From IMG/VR virus record IMGVR_UViG_3300046522_000750: 64,000 nucleotides of DNA. The stretch is one strand, 5' to 3'. Under the pieces are notes generated by a model that was not told where the DNA came from, did no database searches, and worked only from the letters and a program-made list of their open reading frames with translations. Positions within the stretch are counted from its first letter, which is position 1; every line of letters begins with the position of its first letter. A program made the position numbers and the translations under genes. Shown here piece by piece: positions 1 through 8,904 of this stretch. The stretch comes from a virus (taxonomy: Duplodnaviria; Heunggongvirae; Uroviricota; Caudoviricetes).

Positions 1-404
1 CCGCCCTTACGGACAACCTTCAGATCCGACATGCTCTTGACGATAATGTCGTTGATCGCGAAGTCGTGCGCCTTGTTGGCCAGCTTCCAGTTACGACCAC
101 GAAAACGTTTCCAGTAGTCGAGAGACACGTGAAGGGCTTCGTGAACAAACACAGCCACACGCTCACCAGGGGTGAGTGAGTTCATGAAATCTTCGTTGTA
201 GACCACTACACCGCTTTCGGACACGCCAATGGTAGGCACGGTTTTGGACGGCCCCGCGATCCACATTTCTGTTGCGAGAATGCCGAAGAACGGGCTGATG
301 TTCCGAAGCTCCAGGAGCAGGAATTTCAACCTGTTAAATAATTCAACATCCATCTCAGCCTTTGGAGTCATCTCCGGCTTGTATTTTTTTGCTGCCTCAG
401 TCAT
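1..404 (-). CDS. Putative metallopeptidase-domain protein (DUF2201 N-terminal-like, usually fused to vWA); runs off the window edge
   Basis: Not in ORF track. Hand translation MTEAAKKYKP...SPFFGIL...VVVYNEDFMNSLTPGERVAVFVHEALHV...ANKAHDFAIND has an HExxH motif. GAGGG RBS; lies downstream of an AAA ATPase. Confidence 0.8.
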   Translation of the reverse strand, partial: MTEAAKKYKPEMTPKAEMDVELFNRLKFLLLELRNISPFFGILATEMWIAGPSKTVPTIGVSESGVVVYNEDFMNSLTPGERVAVFVHEALHVSLDYWKRFRGRNWKLANKAHDFAINDIIVKSMSDLKVVRKG

Positions 405-504
405 TACGAGCCCTCTAGCAAAACCACATATATTTGATTTTGGCACGGGAGCTTACGCACGCACCACAAAAAGTACTCATTTTTTAAGGGCCTGGTTATG
501 CACT

Positions 505-577
505 ATGTTGTTCGACATTCATTTGCAAAATAACCGTTGATTAGGCTGTTCGATAACAATGTTGTTCGGCATTCATT
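505..577. repeat. Imperfect 19-bp direct repeat ATGTTGTTCGRCATTCATT (505-523, 559-577)
   Basis: Two copies differing at one base. Confidence 0.75.
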
Positions 578-981
578 CATCTTTTAATCGATCATTTGCC
601 TTTGCTTTGCCTCTTCGCTCCTAATCGCCTCTACCTCATCACTTCTACCTTCGCCTTCGCCTTTGCCCTTCATCGCCGTCACCCCATACCCCACCAATCA
701 GCTTTTTGCTTGTGTTCCTAACCAGCTTTAAATCTTTTATATAAATAATAATCAAAAATTAATAATGCCTGGATATCAATCTATAAATCCTTTTTCTTTT
801 TTTTGCCTGCAAAATCACTGTTTATAAAGCTTCCCAAGCAAAGCCTTTTTTCTAACAGCAGACAGCACCTTGCGGCCCTACAGCAACAGCCTTCTTTTTG
901 AAAGACGAAAAGCCTTTTCTTTAAAAGCGCAAAAGCGACAGAATTTTATGGCCTTAAAAGCAAAAGCGGTTTGACCAAAAG

Positions 982-1005
982 AAAAACCCCTCTCGCGAGG
1001 GGCTT
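982..1005 (-). terminator. Intrinsic terminator after the AAA ATPase gene
   Basis: CCCCTC-TCGC-GAGGGG hairpin plus A-tract, nested in a GGTTTGACCA/TGGTCAAACC inverted repeat (968-1020). Confidence 0.7.
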
Positions 1006-1024
1006 GGTGGTGGTCAAACCTGGA

Positions 1025-2275
1025 TCATCTCTTCTCCAGAATCGACCCCATTTCCTTGATGTTTTCGATGATGTTTTGGAAGTTGGCTTCCATCAGCACA
1101 GGCTTCTTGTCGTCCAGGTTCCAGACGTAGTCAGCGAGCTGGCCTTTGAGGCAGTCATCAGCCGGGCACTTTTGCAGGATGTGGCGGATGATGAAGGCGC
1201 CCATCTCGCGGTTGCCCTTCATGAGCGTAGCGGTGGCCGTACAAGCTTTGTCGAGCAGAGCGTCTTTTTCTTTTTCGATCTGATCGCCTTTGAACTTGTT
1301 GCCGTACTTCTCGTTGATCTTGTCGTTCGCCATGGTGACGTACTGACGCAGCGAGTGAGCCACGGCGTAGATGGCGCCGGCCTGGTTCTTGTCGGATTCG
1401 CTGACATTGTCCCAGCACGATGGATCGTCCATCAGCTGTTGAGCCGTTGGGTAACGGGTCATCATGTCGCAGTAGGTCATCAGCGGGGTTGCCGTCTGAG
1501 AACCGACCAGTGATGCGCAGTAGTCGTGCAGACTTCTGAACAGGATGCTTGGCTCGAAGTTCTGCATGCCGCCCCACTTTTCAACGGTGGAGTTGGACAG
1601 GGTTGTCCACTGACGAGCCGATGGGCCGCGACCCATGGCGTCGAAGCACTTCTTCTTCTCTTCGGCCTTGGTCACTTCCGGTGCGAAGAACATCGGGTTG
1701 GCTACCAGGAAGCCGTATACGACTGGGTCGATGTTGGCGTTCTCTTCGAGCTCTTTCCAGACGTCAAGGCTGGCACGGAATTCAACGTAGTGGCAGCGGT
1801 TGATCAGCGCCGAGCTCCATTGAGCAGCGTAAGCACCGTCAGAAACACCGTTACCGGTGAAGACGATGGCCACGTTCTCGCCCAGTTGGTGTTCGCCGAT
1901 GCGACCGAACTGTGCGATTTCGAGCAGGGCGCTCTGTACGCTCGGGTCAGCAGCAGTCACGTCGTCGACCAGCAGAACGCCGTAACCTTTGCCGATGTTG
2001 GTCTCGAGCAGAGCCATCAGGCTGGATTCGGTGATTGGCTGAGCGATCTGCCAGATGCCGGTTTTTTCGTCCTTCTCCGGGATCGGATAGGTCGTAAAGT
2101 CTTCCTTGGTCTTACCGGCTGCTGCGATACGCGCAAACGGTTCGTCAGGGTTGTTACGCAGGCTCATCGCGGCGTGCGTTTTACCGGCGCCTGGTGGGCC
2201 ACCCAGGATCAGGGGAGTAATACGACCATTTTGCTGTCTCGACAGCATGTCATAGTTAAGACTGGTGCCACTCAT
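1025..2275 (-). CDS. AAA+ ATPase (MoxR/AAA_5-like)
   Basis: Walker A GPPGAGKT, Walker B-like LLVDD, sensor TGN, ALINR arginine finger, PSARQW. Confidence 0.88.
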   Translation of the reverse strand: MSGTSLNYDMLSRQQNGRITPLILGGPPGAGKTHAAMSLRNNPDEPFARIAAAGKTKEDFTTYPIPEKDEKTGIWQIAQPITESSLMALLETNIGKGYGVLLVDDVTAADPSVQSALLEIAQFGRIGEHQLGENVAIVFTGNGVSDGAYAAQWSSALINRCHYVEFRASLDVWKELEENANIDPVVYGFLVANPMFFAPEVTKAEEKKKCFDAMGRGPSARQWTTLSNSTVEKWGGMQNFEPSILFRSLHDYCASLVGSQTATPLMTYCDMMTRYPTAQQLMDDPSCWDNVSESDKNQAGAIYAVAHSLRQYVTMANDKINEKYGNKFKGDQIEKEKDALLDKACTATATLMKGNREMGAFIIRHILQKCPADDCLKGQLADYVWNLDDKKPVLMEANFQNIIENIKEMGSILEKR

Positions 2276-2485
2276 TAAGCATACCTCTTGTGTTAATTGA
2301 TGAGCTCGGTTGGCTTATTTGTTTAATAAGAACCCTATGCAATTAACATAACAATGGAGAAACAGCCCGTGCATCACAAATTTCGAACAAAATTGGATTT
2401 TATTCGATTTTGCGAAAAAAACCAAAGCTAGCCTGAAAGAAGGTAAAGCTAGCCGCACGTTGTGCCGAAGTGGAAAAGCCTGATT

Positions 2486-2926
2486 TCATTGGGTCAGATG
2501 GATATTCATAGCGTCACGGGCGCTAAAAACTAGCCGCTGCAAGCGCCGAAATGAAAGCTCATCAACAACCTTAAGTCTCAACTCGAAGAAATTATGCTGG
2601 TCGCTGTGGTAGAAACCCCACGGATCCACCCAGCTGACCTCGAATGTCATGGTCTGTGTCGCAGTGGTCGGCAGATGGATCTGCTCGATGATGCCTTCAG
2701 CCCTGTAGCGAACCCGATGCCCTTCTCGACTGATCAGTTCCAGCACCTGCCGGCTCTCGTAAACGAGTCGCAGGGAGGCAGTCGGAATGCCAAGTCGTAT
2801 CGACTCCAGACTCATCAGCCGTTCAATGCGTAACTGCTGATGGTCAGCCCAAGAGACAGCATGTTCATCTGCTTCGAACAACTCTTCTCGGGTGGCTCTG
2901 GCTTTAGTCATGGTGAAAGACCTCAT
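2486..2926 (-). CDS. Hypothetical protein
   Basis: 146-aa ORF. Confidence 0.65.
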   Translation of the reverse strand: MRSFTMTKARATREELFEADEHAVSWADHQQLRIERLMSLESIRLGIPTASLRLVYESRQVLELISREGHRVRYRAEGIIEQIHLPTTATQTMTFEVSWVDPWGFYHSDQHNFFELRLKVVDELSFRRLQRLVFSARDAMNIHLTQ

Positions 2927-3032
2927 GTCATTCGTGGCCGAATTCTTTCAAATCCAAGGGCATTCGTCAATAAATAGCGCTCGGCTTGCTGATGTTTATC
3001 AGATGCGATATTTTTACTAAATTGACAGTAAA

Positions 3033-3443
3033 GTGAAAAGGATGATTGCCATGCAAGTCGAACTCAGCCTGGCCGGCCTCGAGCCGCAGGTCGCAGCGAA
3101 TGCTTTTGAGGCAGACATCGCTCCAAAGCTTGCGGACTACCTGAGAAATGACTGCATCTTGGACACTGCCGGCGTTAACCGTGTTATGCCGTTACTGAAG
3201 CAAACCTACGTCAACGGCATTCGCGTGGTGAATGCGCTCATCGACATCTACCACACATCGGGGATGGCGTTGATTGATGGACAGCCATCTCAAGAGATAA
3301 TCGAAGCGACCCGCGCCAATGGCGAGGCGGTTTGCAGCAATATCGTGAATAACCTGATCAATGCTCAAACCGATCTGCTGATCAGCATGGCCTGGACGCT
3401 CGCCGCCCAGGACGAACGCATCTTCAAGCGTCCGCGTCACTGA
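3033..3443 (+). CDS. Hypothetical protein (start may be ATG 3051)
   Basis: ORF followed by a terminator. Confidence 0.75.
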   Translation: MKRMIAMQVELSLAGLEPQVAANAFEADIAPKLADYLRNDCILDTAGVNRVMPLLKQTYVNGIRVVNALIDIYHTSGMALIDGQPSQEIIEATRANGEAVCSNIVNNLINAQTDLLISMAWTLAAQDERIFKRPRH

Positions 3444-3451
3444 TCCCGCAC

Positions 3452-3484
3452 AAAAAAACCACCGGGCATGGCCTCGGTGGCTTT
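3452..3484. terminator. Bidirectional terminator
   Basis: A7-CCACCGGG...CTCGGTGG-CTTT between convergent genes. Confidence 0.65.
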
Positions 3485-3510
3485 CGTTGTATGCCTTGTG
3501 CACTGAACGC

Positions 3511-3921
3511 TCAACTGGCGAGGCGTGTGGCCCCACTGGATTTGGCCCCGGCGTGCCGTTGGCTCTGCCGATGTGTGTCCTGAACGCGGTGGTGAGCGAC
3601 AGGCGACTTGACCCGCACACTGACTACGGGAAGCTCATGACCGAGGATGACCAATTCCTTGCGCCACAGCACGTGTGCGGCCACCAATGTACCTATTGCG
3701 GTACATGCCGACAGGATCAGGATCAATAGGTGAGCGCCGGAATGCCCCAGAAAGGCCTCACTGAGGATGGCCAGCATACCTACAACAATGCCAGCCCACG
3801 TGGCATTCAATGCGACCTGGCGCTTGTTGTAGACCTGCTGCGCTGAGCGCTTACGCTCGCGACGTCGGTTGATGACGAACATCGATTTCTCCGGCAGTCG
3901 ACCGCAACTGCCGGGCCGCAC
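3511..3921 (-). CDS. Hypothetical membrane protein
   Basis: Two hydrophobic segments; overlaps the stop of the upstream ORF. Confidence 0.65.
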   Translation of the reverse strand: MRPGSCGRLPEKSMFVINRRRERKRSAQQVYNKRQVALNATWAGIVVGMLAILSEAFLGHSGAHLLILILSACTAIGTLVAAHVLWRKELVILGHELPVVSVRVKSPVAHHRVQDTHRQSQRHAGAKSSGATRLAS

Positions 3922-4190
3922 TACCTTGCTTGTGGGTTACGGATGCCGTGCAGGATCAGAGATTGCATCCGAGCCTGGTGGTAGACATCAATCAGTTCGC
4001 TTGAATGCACCTGATCATTGCTCGGGTGCCTCGTCACGATGAAGTGGTCATCGCTGTACTTCTCTCGCACCTTGCTTTCGTTCAACTGAAGCTCAAGCAG
4101 GCTGCTGAAGAACTCGGTGATGACGTGCCGATTCTCTTGAATATCGGTCACCGTCATGAAAAACGAGGTACTGGCTGACTTTGACTGCAT
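3921..4190 (-). CDS. Hypothetical protein
   Basis: GAGGA RBS, 89 aa. Confidence 0.7.
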   Translation of the reverse strand: MQSKSASTSFFMTVTDIQENRHVITEFFSSLLELQLNESKVREKYSDDHFIVTRHPSNDQVHSSELIDVYHQARMQSLILHGIRNPQAR

Positions 4191-4253
4191 GCGAGTATTC
4201 CTCAGTTAGCCTTTAAAGTCGACCTTGGGGTTCACAAAGCTGGCCCGAAGGTC

Positions 4254-4856
4254 TCACTCGCTGACAAACAACGAGTGCTTGTTGATGAACTTCCAGTACT
4301 GAATTTCCTGGGCATAGAACTCAACATCCCCTTGTTGAAAATCCAGGTGTTTCATCAGCGCTTCTGGCGTAATGGGTGCCATGATGCCATTGACCTCAGG
4401 CTTCAGCCATTCCGGACAGTGCTTTGGATCTGTCGCGTACTGGACGATTTCGTCATCGCTCAAGCCGCCAAGTCTCGCCAAGACTTCGGTGATGGTTTCG
4501 TGATCAGCCTCGCTCATGCAGTCGAAAGCGATGTTTTCAGCGGTCAGATCTTCAACGGGTTCTTTGAGCGTGAATACCTGCAGGGCTATGCCTGCCGGAC
4601 TCACTTGGCCCTCAGACGGATTGAACACCTTGGTAAAGCGCACGTCTTCGTAGCGCTCCAGGATCGCCTTGGTGCCTTCCAACACCGGGCCATGGTCGCC
4701 CGAGAAGTATTCGTCAAAGGTGATGAAGTCCGCGTACTTTTCGAAGGTCTTGCGATCCACGAAGTACAGCAGCGCCATGAGCTTTACGTCGGACACGGTT
4801 CCGCCGACACTGGCTGCGAGCAGGTGCATAAGCTGAATGGCGCGTTCGTAGTTCAT
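4254..4856 (-). CDS. Panacea-domain (DUF4065/SocA-like) antitoxin
   Basis: KLMALLYFVDR...ITFDEYFSGDHGPV...PEW signature; AAGGA RBS. Confidence 0.8.
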   Translation of the reverse strand: MNYERAIQLMHLLAASVGGTVSDVKLMALLYFVDRKTFEKYADFITFDEYFSGDHGPVLEGTKAILERYEDVRFTKVFNPSEGQVSPAGIALQVFTLKEPVEDLTAENIAFDCMSEADHETITEVLARLGGLSDDEIVQYATDPKHCPEWLKPEVNGIMAPITPEALMKHLDFQQGDVEFYAQEIQYWKFINKHSLFVSE

Positions 4857-4951
4857 GTAAATTCCTTGTTTGGATTACTGCCTAGCCTGACCTGCGGTCA
4901 AAGCACCGATCCCCTGCGGCAAGACCCTCAGAGCCTGCCTGTGCCCACCCT

Positions 4952-5368
4952 TCAGAGAAGGAACGGCACCTTTCTTGGCTTCTTCGGGTTCGGCTCGTAC
5001 ACCTCTGTCGACGAATAGTGCAGGAAGGTGCGGCTCGAGGACGGGATCGGGCAGTGATCGGCCCGGTGCTGATCCCGGTACTTCTTGCACTTGAGGCACT
5101 GGTAGTCGACGGTGTAGCTCTCAGGCTCTGCCATGAACGCACGGCCTCGGCGCAGAAGATCGCTAACGACCTGCGCGGCCTTGCTCTCGCCCTCTTCTTC
5201 AAGCTGCGCCACCAGTTCAACCAGAGCGCTCTGATGCATTACAAGCATGTCTGTGCACGGCTCGCGCCGCTCCATGATCACAAAGCGCTTCTCTTCGCTT
5301 GGCACCGGAGCCATACGCTCAGGCAGGCGATTTGCCTTGTCCTCCGCCACATCTTTCTTGTCGCTCAT
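4952..5368 (-). CDS. Hypothetical protein with C-terminal CxxC/HC motif
   Basis: AGGAG RBS before MSDKK. Confidence 0.75.
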   Translation of the reverse strand: MSDKKDVAEDKANRLPERMAPVPSEEKRFVIMERREPCTDMLVMHQSALVELVAQLEEEGESKAAQVVSDLLRRGRAFMAEPESYTVDYQCLKCKKYRDQHRADHCPIPSSSRTFLHYSSTEVYEPNPKKPRKVPFLL

Positions 5369-5429
5369 GCTGTTCTCCTTGAGGAATTCGTTTTGCCAGA
5401 AAGGTATTTTCTTCGTGCTGGGCAGACCG

Positions 5430-5792
5430 TTACGCCAGTTCTGCCATAAGCTCGCGACCTTTCTGCACAAGCCCATTCAAAAGCTCGGCTTGATCCTTGC
5501 CGCCCAGAAGTTGCGCGACACCAATCAATTTCATGATCTCGTCTTCTGGCAGGATGATGACATCAGTGCGCACTTTTCCACAATCGAGTACCACAAAACG
5601 CTTTTTCGCCACCGGCAACTGATCAACACGCTCACCCTGACGATTAAACCGGGCCCCTGGCTCTACATCAAAGTCATGGTTATCCATGGCGATGCAGCGC
5701 TTGCAGGTGGTGTTTTTAGTGCCGTTGGCATCGACATCGCAGAGAAGCAACGGGTCGGTACAGCCGAGGCAGTAACGTGTTTGATCGGCCAT
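5430..5792 (-). CDS. Hypothetical protein, N-terminal Cys pairs
   Basis: CLGC...CKRC; GGAG RBS. Confidence 0.7.
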   Translation of the reverse strand: MADQTRYCLGCTDPLLLCDVDANGTKNTTCKRCIAMDNHDFDVEPGARFNRQGERVDQLPVAKKRFVVLDCGKVRTDVIILPEDEIMKLIGVAQLLGGKDQAELLNGLVQKGRELMAELA

Positions 5793-5835
5793 TCCATACT
5801 CCAGGCTTCAAGCCATGTTGTGATTTAGTTTTTAC

Positions 5836-5854
5836 AGTATATCAGGCGAATACC
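5836..5854. promoter_or_regulatory. Operator A (RGTAT-N9-ATACY)
   Basis: AGTATatcaggcgaATACC. Confidence 0.7.
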
Positions 5855-5995
5855 AGAATAGCCAGCGCCTTGGGAAAATCCATTGATTTATATGAATAAA
5901 TTGTCGATGAATGGCATCTTTATTTTGTTGACAATTGTCAGGCCATCCGTAAAATTCGCGGCCTTTCCGAACAAAAATCAGGGTTTATCGTTACC

Positions 5996-6208
5996 ATGTG
6001 CGTTGAATTCAAAGAACTCGTTACCGCTTCCCGTCTGTCGCAGTCCAAAGTAGCGGACTTCCTGTGCACCAAGTCGATCCAGATGGTGAGTGAGCGTGAC
6101 ATCCGCGCCTGGCTGGCCGTACCGGGCTCTAAAAACAGCCGTAACTGCCCGGCCTGGGTGCTGAAGGAAATGGCGGTGTTCGCCCCTGTTGTGGCACAAG
6201 CCGCCTGA
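5996..6208 (+). CDS. Small HTH-like DNA-binding protein
   Basis: LSQSKVADFL...VSERDIRAWLA; TTGACA-17-TAAAAT promoter at about 5928-5956. Confidence 0.65.
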   Translation: MCVEFKELVTASRLSQSKVADFLCTKSIQMVSERDIRAWLAVPGSKNSRNCPAWVLKEMAVFAPVVAQAA

Positions 6209-6236
6209 TCGACCTTCCCCGGCTAGCCTTTAAAGA

Positions 6237-6271
6237 GAAACCGCCAGTGCTGTTTAGCCTGGCGGTTTTTT
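6237..6271. terminator. Bidirectional terminator
   Basis: AAACCGCCAG...CTGGCGGTTTTTT. Confidence 0.7.
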
Positions 6272-6277
6272 CAATGC

Positions 6278-7093
6278 TTATTGGATGCTGATTGACCAGT
6301 CTGTGGTTTCGCATGGCAGGTGTTCAACCAAGCCTTCGTCACCAATCAGTTCCTCAATGTTTTCACGCAGCAGTTTGTGTACCACTGGCAGGCCAATGCC
6401 ATTGAGTCGATAGTCGATCTCCAGAGTCACCTTGACCTTCACCACCGTCGTATCCAGTACCTGAGTCGACAGCTTGTCATGCGCCGCCAGGGCCAGTTGG
6501 TGATAATCACTACCCGCCTCAGCCAGTTTGCGAACAAAGGCCAAGGCCTCATCGTCATTCGCAAAGCGCGGGTCTTCGTCGAATTTATCGATCATGAACT
6601 TGGCGTTGAAGCTCCCGCCAGAATGTTCACTCAGCAACCAGCCTTCACGCTGGGCCATTTCGTCGATAATGCCCATTTGATCGCCGGTCAGAGGCAAACG
6701 ACCTTGGCGAGTAGTGGCCGCTGGCACCGGATCAACCGATTGAAAGCTAATGGTATCGGCGTCTGCCCATTGCTGGAACCCTTCGGCATGCAACTCATCC
6801 AGGTCGTTCTGACTGAGGGTTACTTTTTGATCCTCGAAATCCTCAGGGGTGTTGTGGGCCAACAGGGCCAGCTTGTGGAGAACGCTGCCAGCCTTTGCGC
6901 ATTTTTCGATATGCTCAATTGCATCATCGTCGTTGGCAAATACGCCGGCCTCATCGTCACGCTGAATTCGGGCGACGGTCTCATCCTGGCCAATGTCAAA
7001 GAGAGCCCAGCCTTCCTTCATCGCCATGGCATTGATGTTGCTTTTTTGTTCCTGGGTGAGCAAAACGCCCTGCTGAATGCTGGAATTGGTCAT
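6278..7093 (-). CDS. Hypothetical protein with an internally duplicated domain
   Basis: AAGGAGG RBS; two copies of EGW-L...FANDD-A...AGS--H-LAL-AH. Confidence 0.8.
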   Translation of the reverse strand: MTNSSIQQGVLLTQEQKSNINAMAMKEGWALFDIGQDETVARIQRDDEAGVFANDDDAIEHIEKCAKAGSVLHKLALLAHNTPEDFEDQKVTLSQNDLDELHAEGFQQWADADTISFQSVDPVPAATTRQGRLPLTGDQMGIIDEMAQREGWLLSEHSGGSFNAKFMIDKFDEDPRFANDDEALAFVRKLAEAGSDYHQLALAAHDKLSTQVLDTTVVKVKVTLEIDYRLNGIGLPVVHKLLRENIEELIGDEGLVEHLPCETTDWSISIQ

Positions 7094-7113
7094 CGTGACC
7101 TCCTTGATTAACG

Positions 7114-7132
7114 GGTACTCCAAAACAATACC
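7114..7132. promoter_or_regulatory. Operator A (1 mismatch)
   Basis: GGTACtccaaaacaATACC. Confidence 0.6.
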
Positions 7133-7199
7133 CTAATGGCAATTTGTTGTAAACAGAACAATTTTACCCCTACTGAAATGAGATGGTTGCAGAGATGAT

Positions 7200-7667
7200 T
7201 TGACCTTGTTCATACTCGGTTCCACACCCAAACAGCAAAGGTTTTTCAGGATGAATGACGTGAAGTGGCAAGCGATCTGTGAGAACGCCGTGGAACAGGC
7301 CAAAGGCCTTTCGTTGGTATTTGCTGGCACTGACGCCGATGTGAGACATGCGCGGGGCACCTGCGAGCTGATAGGCGCTCACATTGAGCATGGCGAGTTG
7401 TTCGATGAGGAAGCCTTGCCGGTCTACATCATCAAGACTGCGAGCGGCGAAGTGCTGGATGTCTTCGAAGAGGAATTGCAGTGCGAAGACGCTGAAGGCC
7501 TGGCCAAGCTGATTGAAGGTGTTTCCATGACGTTTGGACTTGCCCGTCAGTTGGGCTGCCTTGGCCCTTCGGATTTGATGGAAACCGCCTCAGCCGAGGT
7601 CAAGGCGCGGTTCCTGGAGCTTCTGGTGAGTGACCGAGCCAGTAAGGTTGTTGCACTGGATCTTTGA
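7200..7667 (+). CDS. Hypothetical protein
   Basis: 155-aa ORF followed by a terminator (7672-7695). Confidence 0.7.
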   Translation: MTLFILGSTPKQQRFFRMNDVKWQAICENAVEQAKGLSLVFAGTDADVRHARGTCELIGAHIEHGELFDEEALPVYIIKTASGEVLDVFEEELQCEDAEGLAKLIEGVSMTFGLARQLGCLGPSDLMETASAEVKARFLELLVSDRASKVVALDL

Positions 7668-7699
7668 CAGCAAAAGGGGCCGGTTAAGGCCCCTTCTGA

Positions 7700-8089
7700 T
7701 CACTTCGCCCTGCTGACGTAGACCATCATCGCAATGCATTGCCACAAGATGAAAACCATGTTCTCAGGGCCAACCCATTCGGACAAGACTGATACGCTCA
7801 GGACTCTGATAAAGGCGAAGACGAAAAAAAGGCAGAAAATTCCGGCCACGCGTTGAAGCGGACAGGTTTTAAGGAACAGTACGAGGAATGCGGTGTAGAC
7901 CAGCAGGTCAATCAAAATCCCTTTGAAGTCTTTGCCTTCGACCATCAGTGCTACGACAGTCACCAGACTGCTGATGGCCGCGATGGTCAGCACGTTGTTT
8001 TTGCTGACGCTCTCCAGACCCTCGCCCTTGTGGCGAAAGGTCATGATGTTCAGGCCGTGCCATGCGATGGTTGAGAGGTAGTTCATCAT
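7700..8089 (-). CDS. Hypothetical membrane protein (about 4 TM)
   Basis: Hydrophobic segments; AGGA RBS. Confidence 0.75.
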   Translation of the reverse strand: MMNYLSTIAWHGLNIMTFRHKGEGLESVSKNNVLTIAAISSLVTVVALMVEGKDFKGILIDLLVYTAFLVLFLKTCPLQRVAGIFCLFFVFAFIRVLSVSVLSEWVGPENMVFILWQCIAMMVYVSRAK

Positions 8090-8095
8090 AAAGTC

Positions 8096-8350
8096 CTAAG
8101 CACAAAGCCGGACTGGTGAAGCCAGGTCGCGGCGGTCATCTATTGAGTAGGTATTGTCGACGGTTACCCTGCGAAGCTCAAGCTCTTTGCGGATAACGCT
8201 GATGTCATCAGTATTGAAATAATACGGCTTTTTGCTGCCCGATACATGCGCAATGGCCAGGATATAACCACGGCTGCTGCCTCGGATCTCAATTGTTGAG
8301 AGAATATTCACACATGATCCTTGTTTATCAAGGCGGCGCATTTTACACAT
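8096..8350 (-). CDS. Hypothetical protein (start uncertain)
   Basis: 84-aa ORF. Confidence 0.55.
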   Translation of the reverse strand: MCKMRRLDKQGSCVNILSTIEIRGSSRGYILAIAHVSGSKKPYYFNTDDISVIRKELELRRVTVDNTYSIDDRRDLASPVRLCA

Positions 8351-8379
8351 ATATAAACAAAGGTCAATTAACTAGATAT

Positions 8380-8412
8380 AAAAAAAGCCCCTATGTTTTA
8401 CCATAGGGGCTC
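8380..8412 (-). terminator. Terminator of the tRNA operon
   Basis: AGCCCCTATG...CATAGGGGCT hairpin with A-tract. Confidence 0.75.
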
Positions 8413-8505
8413 GAAAGGTATATCAGGGAGGGTTACAGCAGTCAGCAAGCATCAAACAACATCACTACATCACACGGCACAACAATTATGTCAATACATC
8501 GAAAA

Positions 8506-8582
<77 letters not shown>

Positions 8583-8595
8583 AGTTATGTCAATA

Positions 8596-8703
8596 TGGTG
8601 CAGAAAGGGGAGAGTTGAACTGCCCGACCTCTTACTAAATTCGCCAAGCTGGGGGAGTCAGGGCAAATTCAGACAAGCGCTCTAAACACTGAGCTATTTC
8701 CGC
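8596..8703 (-). ncRNA. tRNA-like RNA with a 30-nt expansion of the anticodon arm (possibly tRNA-Phe(GAA)-derived)
   Basis: Acceptor GCGGAAA/TTTCTGC-A-CCA, D stem GCTC/GAGC, T loop TTCAACT; a 37-nt hairpin replaces the 7-nt anticodon loop. Confidence 0.8.
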
Positions 8704-8719
8704 ATAAAACCTTTGAATC

Positions 8720-8793
<74 letters not shown>

Positions 8794-8798
8794 GAAAC

Positions 8799-8873
8799 TG
8801 GTATTGCTAACATACGTGAGCCACAGAAGTGGAATTGAACCCCTTCTCCGCCCCAACTGAGGCTCACGTATGC
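8799..8873 (-). ncRNA. Anticodon-less tRNA-mimic candidate
   Basis: 12-bp perfect stem CATACGTGAGCC/GGCTCACGTATG enclosing D-like TCAGTTGG and T-like GGTTCAATTCC; 3' tail ends in ACCA. Confidence 0.55.
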
Positions 8874-8904
8874 ACACTGCTTACGGACAGTGAATCGTTT
8901 TAAT

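Noticed and set aside
8596-8703. Group I intron or selenocysteine tRNA
   Set aside because: The insert is only 30 nt, the extra length is in the anticodon arm rather than the variable arm, and there is no TCA anticodon.
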